Of a stretch of DNA of 64,000 nucleotides, positions 1 through 8,820 are shown piece by piece; positions within the stretch are counted from its first letter, which is position 1, and each line of letters starts with the position of its first letter. Made by a program: the position numbers and the translations under genes. Origin of the DNA: an uncultured delta proteobacterium (GTDB lineage Bacteria > Desulfobacterota > Desulfuromonadia > Desulfuromonadales > JACZKF01). The stretch is from positions 64,001 through 128,000 of the forward strand of contig CAWFKQ010000007.1 in the NCBI GenBank assembly GCA_963816395.1. Reading direction: 5' to 3'. The notes beneath the pieces are model-generated. The model saw only the letters and a list, made by a program, of their open reading frames with translations, did no database searches and had not been told where the DNA came from.

Positions 1-279
1 GCGCTCCGGCGGCGATTTCGGATCGAGAGGAACGTAGGCGGCGCCGGCCTGCAGGATGCCGAGGATCGCCGGGAGGAATTCGGGGGAGCGGCGCAGGCAG
101 ACCACCACCCGATCGCCGCGGCCGACGCCGGCGGCGGTCAGCAAGCGGGCCAGCCGATCCGAGCGCGCGGCCACTTCCCCCCAGGAGAGGGCGGTCCGGC
201 CATCGGTGACCGCCACCTGGTCCGGCGGCGCGCCGGCGGCCGCCAGGTAGTCTTGCAGGAGGCCGGAATCGGTGCTCAT
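1..279 (-). CDS. Amino acid adenylation (NRPS A-domain-like) enzyme, 5' part only; runs off the window
   Basis: Hand translation from ATG at 279 (ATGA overlap with the upstream stop): MSTDSGLLQDYL...LSWGEV...GVGRGDRVVVCLRRSPEFLPAILGILQAGAAYVPLDPKSPPER, containing A1/A2-like core motifs. Absent from the ORF track because it has no stop in the window. Confidence 0.85.
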   Translation of the reverse strand, partial: MSTDSGLLQDYLAAAGAPPDQVAVTDGRTALSWGEVAARSDRLARLLTAAGVGRGDRVVVCLRRSPEFLPAILGILQAGAAYVPLDPKSPPER

Positions 280-1423
280 AGGCCGATCAGCCGGGACAGG
301 ATTGCCTGCTGCATCTCGCTGGTCCCCGAGTAAATGGTAGCGGCGATGCTGTCGCGCAGATCGCGTTCCACGTCGTATTCCCTGGTGAATCCATACCCGC
401 CGTGCACCTGCACGGCATCGAGGCAGGCCCGCTTCAGCCCTTCACTGATGAACAGCTTGGCGAGGGAGGCCTCCAGCGCCGCCCGCTTCCCCTGCCCCTT
501 GAGGGTGGCGGCTTTGTAGAGGATCAGCCGGCCCAACTCCAGGGTTGACTTCATGTCGACGATCCGGTTCGCCACCGCCTGATATTTGCCGATCGGCTGG
601 CCGAAGGCCGAGCGTTCCCGGGCATAGGCCACGCACCCCTCCATGACCCGCGCCAGCGTCCCCAGGTGGGCCGCCGGCAGCAGGCTGCGCTCATATTCCA
701 TCGATTCGTTGAAGATGATCGCCCCTTGCCCCTGCCGCCCCAGCCGGGCCGATTCCGGAACGGGGCAGCCGTCGAAAACCAGTTCCCCGTTCTGCAGCGT
801 GCACAGTCCCATCTTCTCGATCGGCCGGCAGCGTTCGAACCCGGCGGTCTCCTTTTCCACCAGGAAGCAGGAGACGCCGCCCAGGCGCGGGGTTTCCGGA
901 TCGGTGAGGGCGAAAACGATCACCACATCGGCGATCGGCCCGTTGGAGATGAACATCTTAGTGCCGCTGAGCCGATAGCCGTCCGCAGTGCGCTCGGCCC
1001 GGGTACGCAAGGCGCCCAGGGCATCGGAGCCGGAGGCGGGCTCGGTGATCGCCTGGGCGAAGATCTTTTCACCCCGGCAGAGGGCGGAAGAAACTGCTTC
1101 TTCTGTTCGGCGGTGCCGAACTGCCGGAGCTGCAGGCCGCAGAGGATCTGGGTGGCGATGGCGTGCACCAGCCCGGCATCCCGGCAGGCATAGCCGAGGG
1201 CCTCCAGGGCAATGGCGGTCGTCGGAAAATCGGCGCCGCAGCCACCGTACTCTTCCGGAAACGGCAGGGCCATGATCTGCATCTCGGCGCATTTGCGCCA
1301 GGAGGCAAAGGGGAACCGCCCCTCCTTCTCGTGTCCGGCGATATCGTGGTCCAGCTCCTGGCGGCCGAAGCGGATGATCGTCTCCCGCAGTTCCACCTGT
1401 TCTTCGCTGAGAGCGAATTCCAT
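276..1423 (-). CDS. Acyl-CoA dehydrogenase family, L-prolyl-[PCP] dehydrogenase-like; frameshift near 1080
   Basis: ORF 920..1423 gives the N-terminus (PEEYGG) and 276..1292 the rest (TEPASGSD, GTKMFISNG, FNESMEYER, FGQPIGKYQ, IYSGTSE). Confidence 0.85.
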
Positions 1424-1424
1424 C

Positions 1425-1682
1425 TCAGGCCTCCGCGGCGCAGCCGCTTTTCCGCTCCACCATGGCGGAAATCGCCGTCAGGGTGGCGAAATTTTCCGGC
1501 ATCAGTTCATCGCCGTCGATGCGAACGGAAAATTTCTCCTCGAGAAACCCGAGCAGGGCCATGATGCCGAAGGAATCGATGATCCCCTGGTCGATCAACT
1601 GGTCCGTATCGGCGATCGTCCCGGCCCCCTCCGGCCGGAGTTCGGAAGTAATGAACTGGCGAATCCGGTCAATCGTCTGCAT
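1425..1682 (-). CDS. Acyl/peptidyl carrier protein
   Basis: 85 aa, acidic, GIIDSFG phosphopantetheine Ser motif, C-terminal PENF.TL. Confidence 0.9.
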   Translation of the reverse strand: MQTIDRIRQFITSELRPEGAGTIADTDQLIDQGIIDSFGIMALLGFLEEKFSVRIDGDELMPENFATLTAISAMVERKSGCAAEA

Positions 1683-1736
1683 AGCGATACTCCTCCTTTT
1701 TGAATGCGAGGCTCTTTCCTGGCGCCTCTTCTGTCC

Positions 1737-2711
1737 TCAGGCCGCCTGCCTTTTCGCCGCCCGCACCTCTGCGGTCAGCAGGGGCACCACCTCCAGCAGA
1801 TCACCGACGATGCCGTAATCACAGGCCTGGAAGATGTCCGCCCGGGGATCGCGGTTGATCGCCACCACGACCCGGGCGTTGCGGATGCCGGCGAGATGCT
1901 GGATCGCCCCCGAAATGCCGCAGGCGATGTAGAGATCGGGGCCGACCACCCGTCCGGTCTGTCCGACCTGGTGCCGGTGGGCGATCCAGCCGGCATCGAC
2001 GGCGGCCCGGCTGGCGCCCAGGGCCGCGCCGAGCTCCCGGCACAGCGCCTCCAGCACCGGCCAGTTCTGCGGCCCGCCGAGGCCGCGCCCACCCGAGACG
2101 ACGATGCGCGCCTCCCCCAGGTCGACCGTCCCCTGCAGCGACTCCACCACCTCCCGGACCAGGGTGCGCGGCCGCACTGCCGGCAAATGCCGCCGCACCA
2201 CCTGGGGAAGAGCTTCCCCGACCCGCCGCACCGGGAAGAGCTGAGGGCGCAGAGTGATCACGGCGGGAGAGCGGCTGAGGCGCAGATCGGCGAGGATTTT
2301 CCCGGCATACAGGGGCTTGCGCAGCCGCAGGCCGGCCGCGTCCCATTCCATGGCGACGGCATCCTGCACCAGTTCGGCATCCAGGCGGGCCGCCGCCGAG
2401 GCGGCCAGTTCCCGCCCCAGGGCCGTCGCCGGACCGATGACGAGGTCGGCGCGGAGTTCCCGGGCCAGATCGGCCACCAGCGGGACATGCAGATCGTTGC
2501 GGCTGCCGGCGAGGAGTTGCCCGGCGGCGACGTGCAGCCGCGCTATCCCCAGCCCGGCCAGCTGCCGGCCCGCCTCCTCCGGCTCGCGCCCCAGCCACAG
2601 GCCGTGCAGTTCACTGCCGCTCGCGGCCGCGATCCGGGCAGCGGCGGAAGCCGCCTCCAGGGCCGCGACGGGAAGCCCGTGGCGCTCTTCCAACAGGGTC
2701 AGAATAGTCAT
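1737..2711 (-). CDS. etfA: Electron transfer flavoprotein alpha subunit
   Basis: VSGGRG, GASRAAVDAGW, QVGQTG and LYIACGISGAIQHLAG motifs. Confidence 0.93.
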   Translation of the reverse strand: MTILTLLEERHGLPVAALEAASAAARIAAASGSELHGLWLGREPEEAGRQLAGLGIARLHVAAGQLLAGSRNDLHVPLVADLARELRADLVIGPATALGRELAASAAARLDAELVQDAVAMEWDAAGLRLRKPLYAGKILADLRLSRSPAVITLRPQLFPVRRVGEALPQVVRRHLPAVRPRTLVREVVESLQGTVDLGEARIVVSGGRGLGGPQNWPVLEALCRELGAALGASRAAVDAGWIAHRHQVGQTGRVVGPDLYIACGISGAIQHLAGIRNARVVVAINRDPRADIFQACDYGIVGDLLEVVPLLTAEVRAAKRQAA

Positions 2712-2730
2712 ATTTTTCTATCCTGGTCAG

Positions 2731-3507
2731 CTAGATTGCGATGTCGTTTCGGCGCAGCGCAGTAATCAGTTCCCGGGCCTGTTCCCGCAGCTCGCCCTGA
2801 AGAATGACCCCGCGCCGGTGCTGGTGCGGCTGACTCAGGGACTCGACCGCCAGACCGGGACTCAGGCGCATTGGGTCGATCCCCAGGTCGGCCATGGTAA
2901 CTTCCTCGATCGGCTTGCGTTTCGCTTTCAGGATGTTCGGCAGGGTGGGATAGCGCGGGGTGTTGATCCCTTTTTCCACCGACAGCACGGCTGGCAGCGG
3001 GAGTTCCAGAACCAGCTGTCCCCCCTCGACGGCCCGATCGACCGTCGCCAGCCCCTCCCCGATCCGGCAGCGGGTGACCGCCGAGGCATGCGGCAGTCCC
3101 AGGATCTCGGCAATGCGCTCGGGCACCTGGGCGCCGTCGCCGTCGACCGCCTGCTTTCCCGCCAGGATCAGGTCGGGCGCGCTCTTCTGCAGGGCGGCCG
3201 CTAGCACCAGGGCCGTGCCGCGGCCGCTGGAAGGGACGTCCTGGTTCTCCCGGATCAGGATCGCCCGGTCGGCGCCCACGGCAATGGCGGTGCGCAGGAC
3301 CCGCCGGGCAGGGTCGCCGCCCAGGCTCAGCGCCTCGATGGTGCCGCCGTGCGTCTCCTGCAAACGAACCGCCTCCTCAAGGGCGTATTCATCGTAGGGA
3401 TTGAGCACGAATTCCAGCTCCTCCAGCCGCACGCTTTTGCCGTCATCGGCTATCTGCGGCATGGCGGCGGTATCGGGAACGCTTTTCAAAAGAACCGCAA
3501 TCTTCAT
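2731..3507 (-). CDS. etfB: Electron transfer flavoprotein beta subunit
   Basis: K.VPDT, NPYDEYALEEA, AGKQAVDGD and NTPRYP motifs; adjacent to etfA. Confidence 0.93.
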   Translation of the reverse strand: MKIAVLLKSVPDTAAMPQIADDGKSVRLEELEFVLNPYDEYALEEAVRLQETHGGTIEALSLGGDPARRVLRTAIAVGADRAILIRENQDVPSSGRGTALVLAAALQKSAPDLILAGKQAVDGDGAQVPERIAEILGLPHASAVTRCRIGEGLATVDRAVEGGQLVLELPLPAVLSVEKGINTPRYPTLPNILKAKRKPIEEVTMADLGIDPMRLSPGLAVESLSQPHQHRRGVILQGELREQARELITALRRNDIAI

Positions 3508-3519
3508 CTATTCACCTTT

Positions 3520-3673
3520 GATGCTTTCGCAAGAAAGCCAAGATGGGATGGCTAAGCAAAAAGCGCCAAATGCAAGGCGCGCAATTGTCGAGCAATGAGG
3601 CGTACTACCGTACGTCGAAGCAGCGAGAGCAATTGCAGCAACGCAGCAGTTGGTGAGTTTTTGCGACGCCATC
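3520..3673. mobile_element. MITE-like palindromic element
   Basis: Imperfect terminal inverted repeats GATGCTTTCGCAAGAA / TTTTTGCGACGCCATC, flanking direct repeat ACCTTT (3514-3519 and 3674-3679), central GGCGTAC-N4-GTACGTC hairpin, no ORF. Confidence 0.6.
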
Positions 3674-3690
3674 ACCTTTAATGAAATCCC

Positions 3691-3737
3691 AAGAGAAAGC
3701 CGGGCTGCCTGGAAACGATCTTCTTCGGCAGCCCGGC
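3691..3737 (-). terminator. Riboswitch expression-platform terminator
   Basis: Minus strand GCCGGGCTGCC...GGCAGCCCGGC followed by TTTCTCTT; the 5' arm is the 3' end of the aptamer. Confidence 0.75.
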
Positions 3738-3800
3738 CGTCTCCGGGAGACCCGCGGCTTTCCGCCCCCCCCTCGCGAGGGGTTAGGCTTTTCGGATGGA
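3722..3800 (-). promoter_or_regulatory. GEMM-I (c-di-GMP-I / c-AMP-GMP) riboswitch aptamer
   Basis: Minus strand CCGAAAAGCCTAACCCCTC-GCGA-GGGGGGGCGGAAAGCCGCGGGTCTCCCGGAGACGGCCGGGCTGCCGAA: GNRA-capped P2, GGAAAGCC junction, GGTCTC/GAGAC P3 and GCCGGG.TGCCGAA 3' end, as in Geobacter-type GEMM-I. Confidence 0.9.
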
Positions 3801-3869
3801 TGTAATTAATGTCTATTAAGGTGTTATCAGGGGAACGCCCTTTGTCAACCCTTCATTATCGCCTCCCGG

Positions 3870-4964
3870 TCAGCCGGCCTGCACCGCACCAGAGGATATC
3901 GAAATATCGGCGTCCGGACGGGCATGCGGGCGGGAGCCGTCCCGGATCTCCCCCACCCGCACCAAACGGTCGCACTTGGCGGAAGCGATTCCCGCCTGAA
4001 CGGTCAGCCAGCTGGGGTCGACCGGATCGCCGAGCGCCCAGGCGATCAGCACCGCCGGTAGATCAACCCCGGCGAGATGGGTAAAAGGATAACTGCCTCC
4101 GAAACGGGGATTCAGGTCGATTACGCGACTGTGGTTTCCCTCCACGAAGACGTCGCAGTCCAGGATCCCAAGGTGTCCAACTGCCCTACCGATGTGCTCC
4201 CCGAGCGCTTCGAGAGCCGGGTGCTCGACGGTGACCGCCTGGACGGCCCCCTCCCCTACCCGCATGGCGAGCTTGCGCTTGACGAAAGTTTTCACATAAC
4301 GCCCCTGCAGGTCGTTGATAATGTCCAGGTTGTACTCGGTCCCCGCTAGTTTTTCCTGCACCATAAGGCAATGCCCCTCATCTTGAGCACTGACCTCCGC
4401 CAGGAATGATCGCATCAGGCGCAAACGCCCGAGCCGCCAGGCAAGATCCAGTTCCTCACTGCTCTCCGGATACTCGTTGCCGATGGAAGCGGTACCCCAG
4501 CGCGGTTTCACGACCACGGGGAAGCGCAGATCGCCAGTTGCCATAGCCGAACGGAAATCGTCTAGGGAGGTCCATGTCCGGGGAGTTTCGACCCCTATGC
4601 TCTGCAGGTAACGGTAGGAGGAAACCTTGTCGAAGCACATATCGACTATCTCCGGCGAAGAGACAACCGGCAGGGTTCCAACTTCGAGAAAACGGTTTCG
4701 CAACCGGGCCAGAATCGGGAGTTCCAGATCATTGAGGGAGAACAGCAGGCGCACCTGATGCTCCCTGCAGATTTTAAGCAGACTCGGCAGATAGTCGGGA
4801 TGCCGGATCGGCGGCACCAGAAATGCCCGGTTCGCTTCCTGAAGCGCCGGGGCAGAAGGTGAAATATCGGCGGCGAGGATCTCGCCGCGACCGGCCAGGG
4901 CTTCCCGAAAATAGCCAACGAGGTAATTCCGGCGGCCGGCACAGGTCAGCAGGATGTTGATCAT
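3870..4964 (-). CDS. ATP-grasp domain protein (carbamoyl-phosphate-synthase-like, capsule-locus type)
   Basis: NILLTCAGRR N-terminus, CFDK, PVVVKPRWGTASIG, QEKLAGTEY, IDLNPRFGG. Confidence 0.85.
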   Translation of the reverse strand: MINILLTCAGRRNYLVGYFREALAGRGEILAADISPSAPALQEANRAFLVPPIRHPDYLPSLLKICREHQVRLLFSLNDLELPILARLRNRFLEVGTLPVVSSPEIVDMCFDKVSSYRYLQSIGVETPRTWTSLDDFRSAMATGDLRFPVVVKPRWGTASIGNEYPESSEELDLAWRLGRLRLMRSFLAEVSAQDEGHCLMVQEKLAGTEYNLDIINDLQGRYVKTFVKRKLAMRVGEGAVQAVTVEHPALEALGEHIGRAVGHLGILDCDVFVEGNHSRVIDLNPRFGGSYPFTHLAGVDLPAVLIAWALGDPVDPSWLTVQAGIASAKCDRLVRVGEIRDGSRPHARPDADISISSGAVQAG

Positions 4965-6224
4965 AGATCCTCCATTTCATCTATGAAGTTGCAGCTGCAG
5001 AAGAAATCTTCAAAGGACTGGCGGCGGCGGATCGGAACGAATCCGCTCCTTCCTCTAACCAGGACCGGAGGCGCCGGATGGATGAAGGGGGGCGTCAGAA
5101 CCACCGTGTACGCGCCGACATTGTCGATCCGGATGAAATCACCGGGGTCGATACCCTCGCACTCGATATCTTGCAAAAGGCAGTCTTTTTCCATGCAGGT
5201 GGCGCCGACCACGCTTACCACCTCACGTGGTCCTCGGGGGTTTTCCTTGATGATTTCGAAAGGATGATTGCGCCGGTGCATGGTCGGTTTGACGTTGAAA
5301 AAGGTACCATCCGTTACCGCCAGCCGGCGGCCACCGACTGACTTCACATCAAAGACCCGCGTTAGGTAACTCATGGTATCGGCGACCACTGCCATCCCCG
5401 GCTCGATAACCAGCCGCGGTCGCTTACTGCTTGCCCACGGATGACTCAGCAGTTCCCGGCAGATCGCCTCCGCGTAGTCATCATAAGTAGGTGAATCCGT
5501 CAGCCCCATTGCCGGCACCCTGCGCCCGAAAAAACCACCGCCGATATCGAGATATTCGATCGTTTCCGGGAAATAGTGCGCGGCGGCATCCGCCAGGGTG
5601 TTAACTATGGTGCGGTAGACCCATAGGCTGCGGCTGGTCGAGGAGACGTGTCCATGCAGGGAGTGCACACGGATATTGGGCTGCTTCCGGAGCTGTCGTG
5701 CCGCCTCCGCCAGTGCGTCGGGTGAAAAGCCGAAACGACCGACGGCCATTCCTTCCTGCAGATGCGATTTCCCCTCTTCGTCGATCAGGGGAATATTGAG
5801 CCGCAAACCGATGCCGATCGCCTCTCCGGGCTGTCTCCTGGCGTAGTCCATGACCCGAGCGAGTTCCCGGGAGGTGTCGAGGTTGAGGATCATCCCCCGT
5901 TCCAGTGCCAATTCGATATCCTCTCCCCTCTTGACCGGCCCATTGAAGATAATCTCTTCAGGCGGGCAGCCGATTCGCAAGGCAAGGTCTGCTTCCAGCC
6001 GCGATACCACCTCGGCATATGCTCCCGCATTGCGGGCCAGCCGGCATATATAGGGGAGGTAATTGGTCTTGTAGGAATAGCCGACGACAACACGGGGGTA
6101 GCGCTGGCTGAAAGCCAATCGGATATCCCGGAGATTGCGGACGAAGGCATCAGCGGTCGAAAAAATAGAAGGGAGAACCGTGTTCGCGCGCGGCTTCAGA
6201 CAAATCCCGATATTCGTTAATCAT
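4961..6224 (-). CDS. PLP-dependent decarboxylase, diaminopimelate/ornithine decarboxylase (fold III) family; frameshift near 6150
   Basis: YSYKTN (PLP Lys), FNGPVK, DIGGGF, IEPG, GATCMEKD, GAY; the N-terminus MINEYRDLSEAAREHGSPFYFFD reads from ATG 6224 in another frame. Confidence 0.85.
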
Positions 6225-6317
6225 CCATGATCTCCGTGCATCGTCTTGCGCCAGGAGAGCGGGCCTTCCTGCCTGCCAGCCTGCCGGCAGTTTTCTTCTC
6301 TGTTTGACGTATGGGAG

Positions 6318-7574
6318 TTACCCCGTTGTTATCTTGGCACCCGCCAAGTTCTTATCGACCATCTGCTCAAGCATGTCGCAAATCTTGTGTGCCAGCAGGT
6401 CACGGTTGAATATGGTATCGGCAGCATGAGCGGCGGCGCGCCGGGCCTGGTTCAGAAATACATCGTCGTACAGTGCGCGGCCGAGAAACCCGGCCGCCGC
6501 ATCGATATCCCTCGCCGGCAGGACCACCCCCGAGCCGCTCTTCTCCAGGAAATCGGCCTGCCATCCAGAGTAATTGATAGCGACCGGCCTCGATGCGGCG
6601 AGGGCATCGAAAAACTTGTTGGCGGAGTTGTTCCACATTGGCGGGAGATCGATAAAGAGACTCACCGCTACTGTACTCGCCGAAAGGAGGGCAGGAACTT
6701 CCCGTTTCGCCACCGGTGGAAAAAACCAGAGGTTTTTTTCCAGCACCCCCCGACTGCGGGCCTCGGTTATGACTGCTTCACGCCGGAAACCGTCACCGGC
6801 AATCATAAACCGTACAGCCGGGTACTTCTCACGCATCCGCTCGGCCAACTGGACGAGGTACTCGACTCCGTTGATGATCCCTATCGTTCCGCAGTAAGCG
6901 ACAATCGGCCCTCCCTGCAGGAAGGGATGGCGGCGGAGGAAATCCTGCCCGGCCTCCTCTCCCACCCGGAATAGGTCGATGTCGCAGGCGTTTGGAATGG
7001 TGGCTATCCGCTCGCGGGGATAGCCAGTCGCTTCGATGCCGGCGGCCATGCCGGGGGAGAGCGCGACCACCCGCACAGCATTGCGATAAGCAGTCGCCTC
7101 AAGCAGCCGAGCTAAACGGATTATCAGCGGATTCTTCAAGGCGCCTACGGCAATCGGCAATTCTGGCCACAGATCACGAACCTCAAAAATCATGGGGCAT
7201 CTATGACGGAATTTTCCGGCAATGGCCGGAATGGCGATTGTCAGCGGCGTACTTGTGGCAAAAACCACATCCACATCTTTTTCACGCAGGGCCTGCACTG
7301 TCGATCGCAGCGCGAAGTCGACGAAAGCTCGCAGGCGTTGGGCATACGACAGCCGATTGGAATAAGGAACATCCAGTACCCGCACATCGATACCGTCTAT
7401 GGAAAGAAAGTTGGCACCAGAACCAAATTCATAGCCGGGGGGAAAGGCGGCGCTGGAAGTGATCATCGTCACCTTATGCCCGCGCTGCACCATACGTTTG
7501 GCGACCTCGTATGAGCGGGTCGCACCTTTTCCATCCGGCGGGACGAAATATTGATGAAGGTAAAGAATGTGCAT
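6318..7574 (-). CDS. Glycosyltransferase family 4 (WbuB-like)
   Basis: ILYLHQYF.PP, ATSTPL, FEVRDLWPE, NKFFDALAA. Confidence 0.9.
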   Translation of the reverse strand: MHILYLHQYFVPPDGKGATRSYEVAKRMVQRGHKVTMITSSAAFPPGYEFGSGANFLSIDGIDVRVLDVPYSNRLSYAQRLRAFVDFALRSTVQALREKDVDVVFATSTPLTIAIPAIAGKFRHRCPMIFEVRDLWPELPIAVGALKNPLIIRLARLLEATAYRNAVRVVALSPGMAAGIEATGYPRERIATIPNACDIDLFRVGEEAGQDFLRRHPFLQGGPIVAYCGTIGIINGVEYLVQLAERMREKYPAVRFMIAGDGFRREAVITEARSRGVLEKNLWFFPPVAKREVPALLSASTVAVSLFIDLPPMWNNSANKFFDALAASRPVAINYSGWQADFLEKSGSGVVLPARDIDAAAGFLGRALYDDVFLNQARRAAAHAADTIFNRDLLAHKICDMLEQMVDKNLAGAKITTG

Positions 7575-7577
7575 GAT

Positions 7578-8820
7578 CTATCTTCCCTGCTCGGTTATGG
7601 GTTTCGGCTGTGCTGGCTTCCTCCCGGAGAGAACGCCCACCTGATTGCCCCCATGCACCTCTCGCGACCAGGCATCCAGATACTTCTGCATGGAAGCCTT
7701 TGAGTCAAAATCCCGGCGAAGGACTTCCCAGGCATTCGTCTTCAGGCTCTCTCTAAGCCCGGGCTCCGAAAAAACCCTCGAGACAAAGGCCGCAACCTCC
7801 TGCGGTTTAGCTGAATTGTCAACAATAAACCCCGATTTACCATGAGTGATAAGTTCCCTGATGCCTTCGGTATCCGTGACGACACACGCGCAACCCAAAG
7901 CCATGGCTTCTTTTGCCGCATTCGGGAGTCGTTCGCTACGCGAAAGGAGAAGAAAAACCTCGGAGATAGCCATCTCGGCAAAGACTTCGTCGTGCGGGAC
8001 ATGCCCCCGCAGTTCCACTGAGCCGGACAGACCCCATTCGTGAATCATTTTCTCCAACCGCGGGCGCTCCGGGCCTTCTCCCAGGATCAGTAGAGGCGTC
8101 AGCCCAATGTCCCTCACCGTACGGAAGGCTGCCAGGACCGCTTCCGTCTTGACCAGGATCAGCCGGCAGGCACTCGGCCGGCGTCTAGGGGTTTCACCAG
8201 CTCTTCCTTTCAATCCGGACCAATTCAAGTCCACGATGGACGACTTCGATCCGGTGGCGTACTTCTCCCAGTGCGACGATCTGGTCGACGTTAAAGTGGG
8301 CGTATGTCCACCCAGATCGGCTTTCCGGGCAACCTCGCGGTTACCCGGAATTTCGCCAGAGATAGTATGTCACCAAGAAGATTGAAAGCACCGGCGTCCC
8401 GGAGTACGTTTCAGCGATAACCGACTAGCGAGGGGTAATGCCCCCGAAGAGGTGTACCACCTCTCGACGTTCCCGCTCGGTCTGGCGACAAGCTGAAGTG
8501 TACGTGGCACAAGCAACAATCCCTTAGCAGGTCGGCGGTACTCATCTCGCTGCATAGGACCACCCATACCAGAAGTTTGAGTGATCGAAAAGGACGGGTG
8601 AGTGCAATCCACAAGCCGGAAAAATCTCCGTTGCACCGCCATGGGTCACCTCCAGCCCCTCCAAACTTCGCTCCCGGAGAATTCTTCGCCAACCTGCGAC
8701 CGCTGGCCGGAGCGCATGGACGGAAACCTCAGCACCGATATTTCGCAGCGCCCGGATATCACTGGCGGCGAAGGCTTCGTTCTGTGCAGGGAAGATCATG
8801 GTGACATACCAGATTTTCAT
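7578..8820 (-). pseudogene. Glycosyltransferase family 4, multiply frameshifted
   Basis: N-terminus MKIWYVTMIFPAQNEAF (8542..8820) and C-terminus GEGPER...SERLPNAAKEAMALG (7578..8234); the middle needs several frame changes. May be sequence error. Confidence 0.65.
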
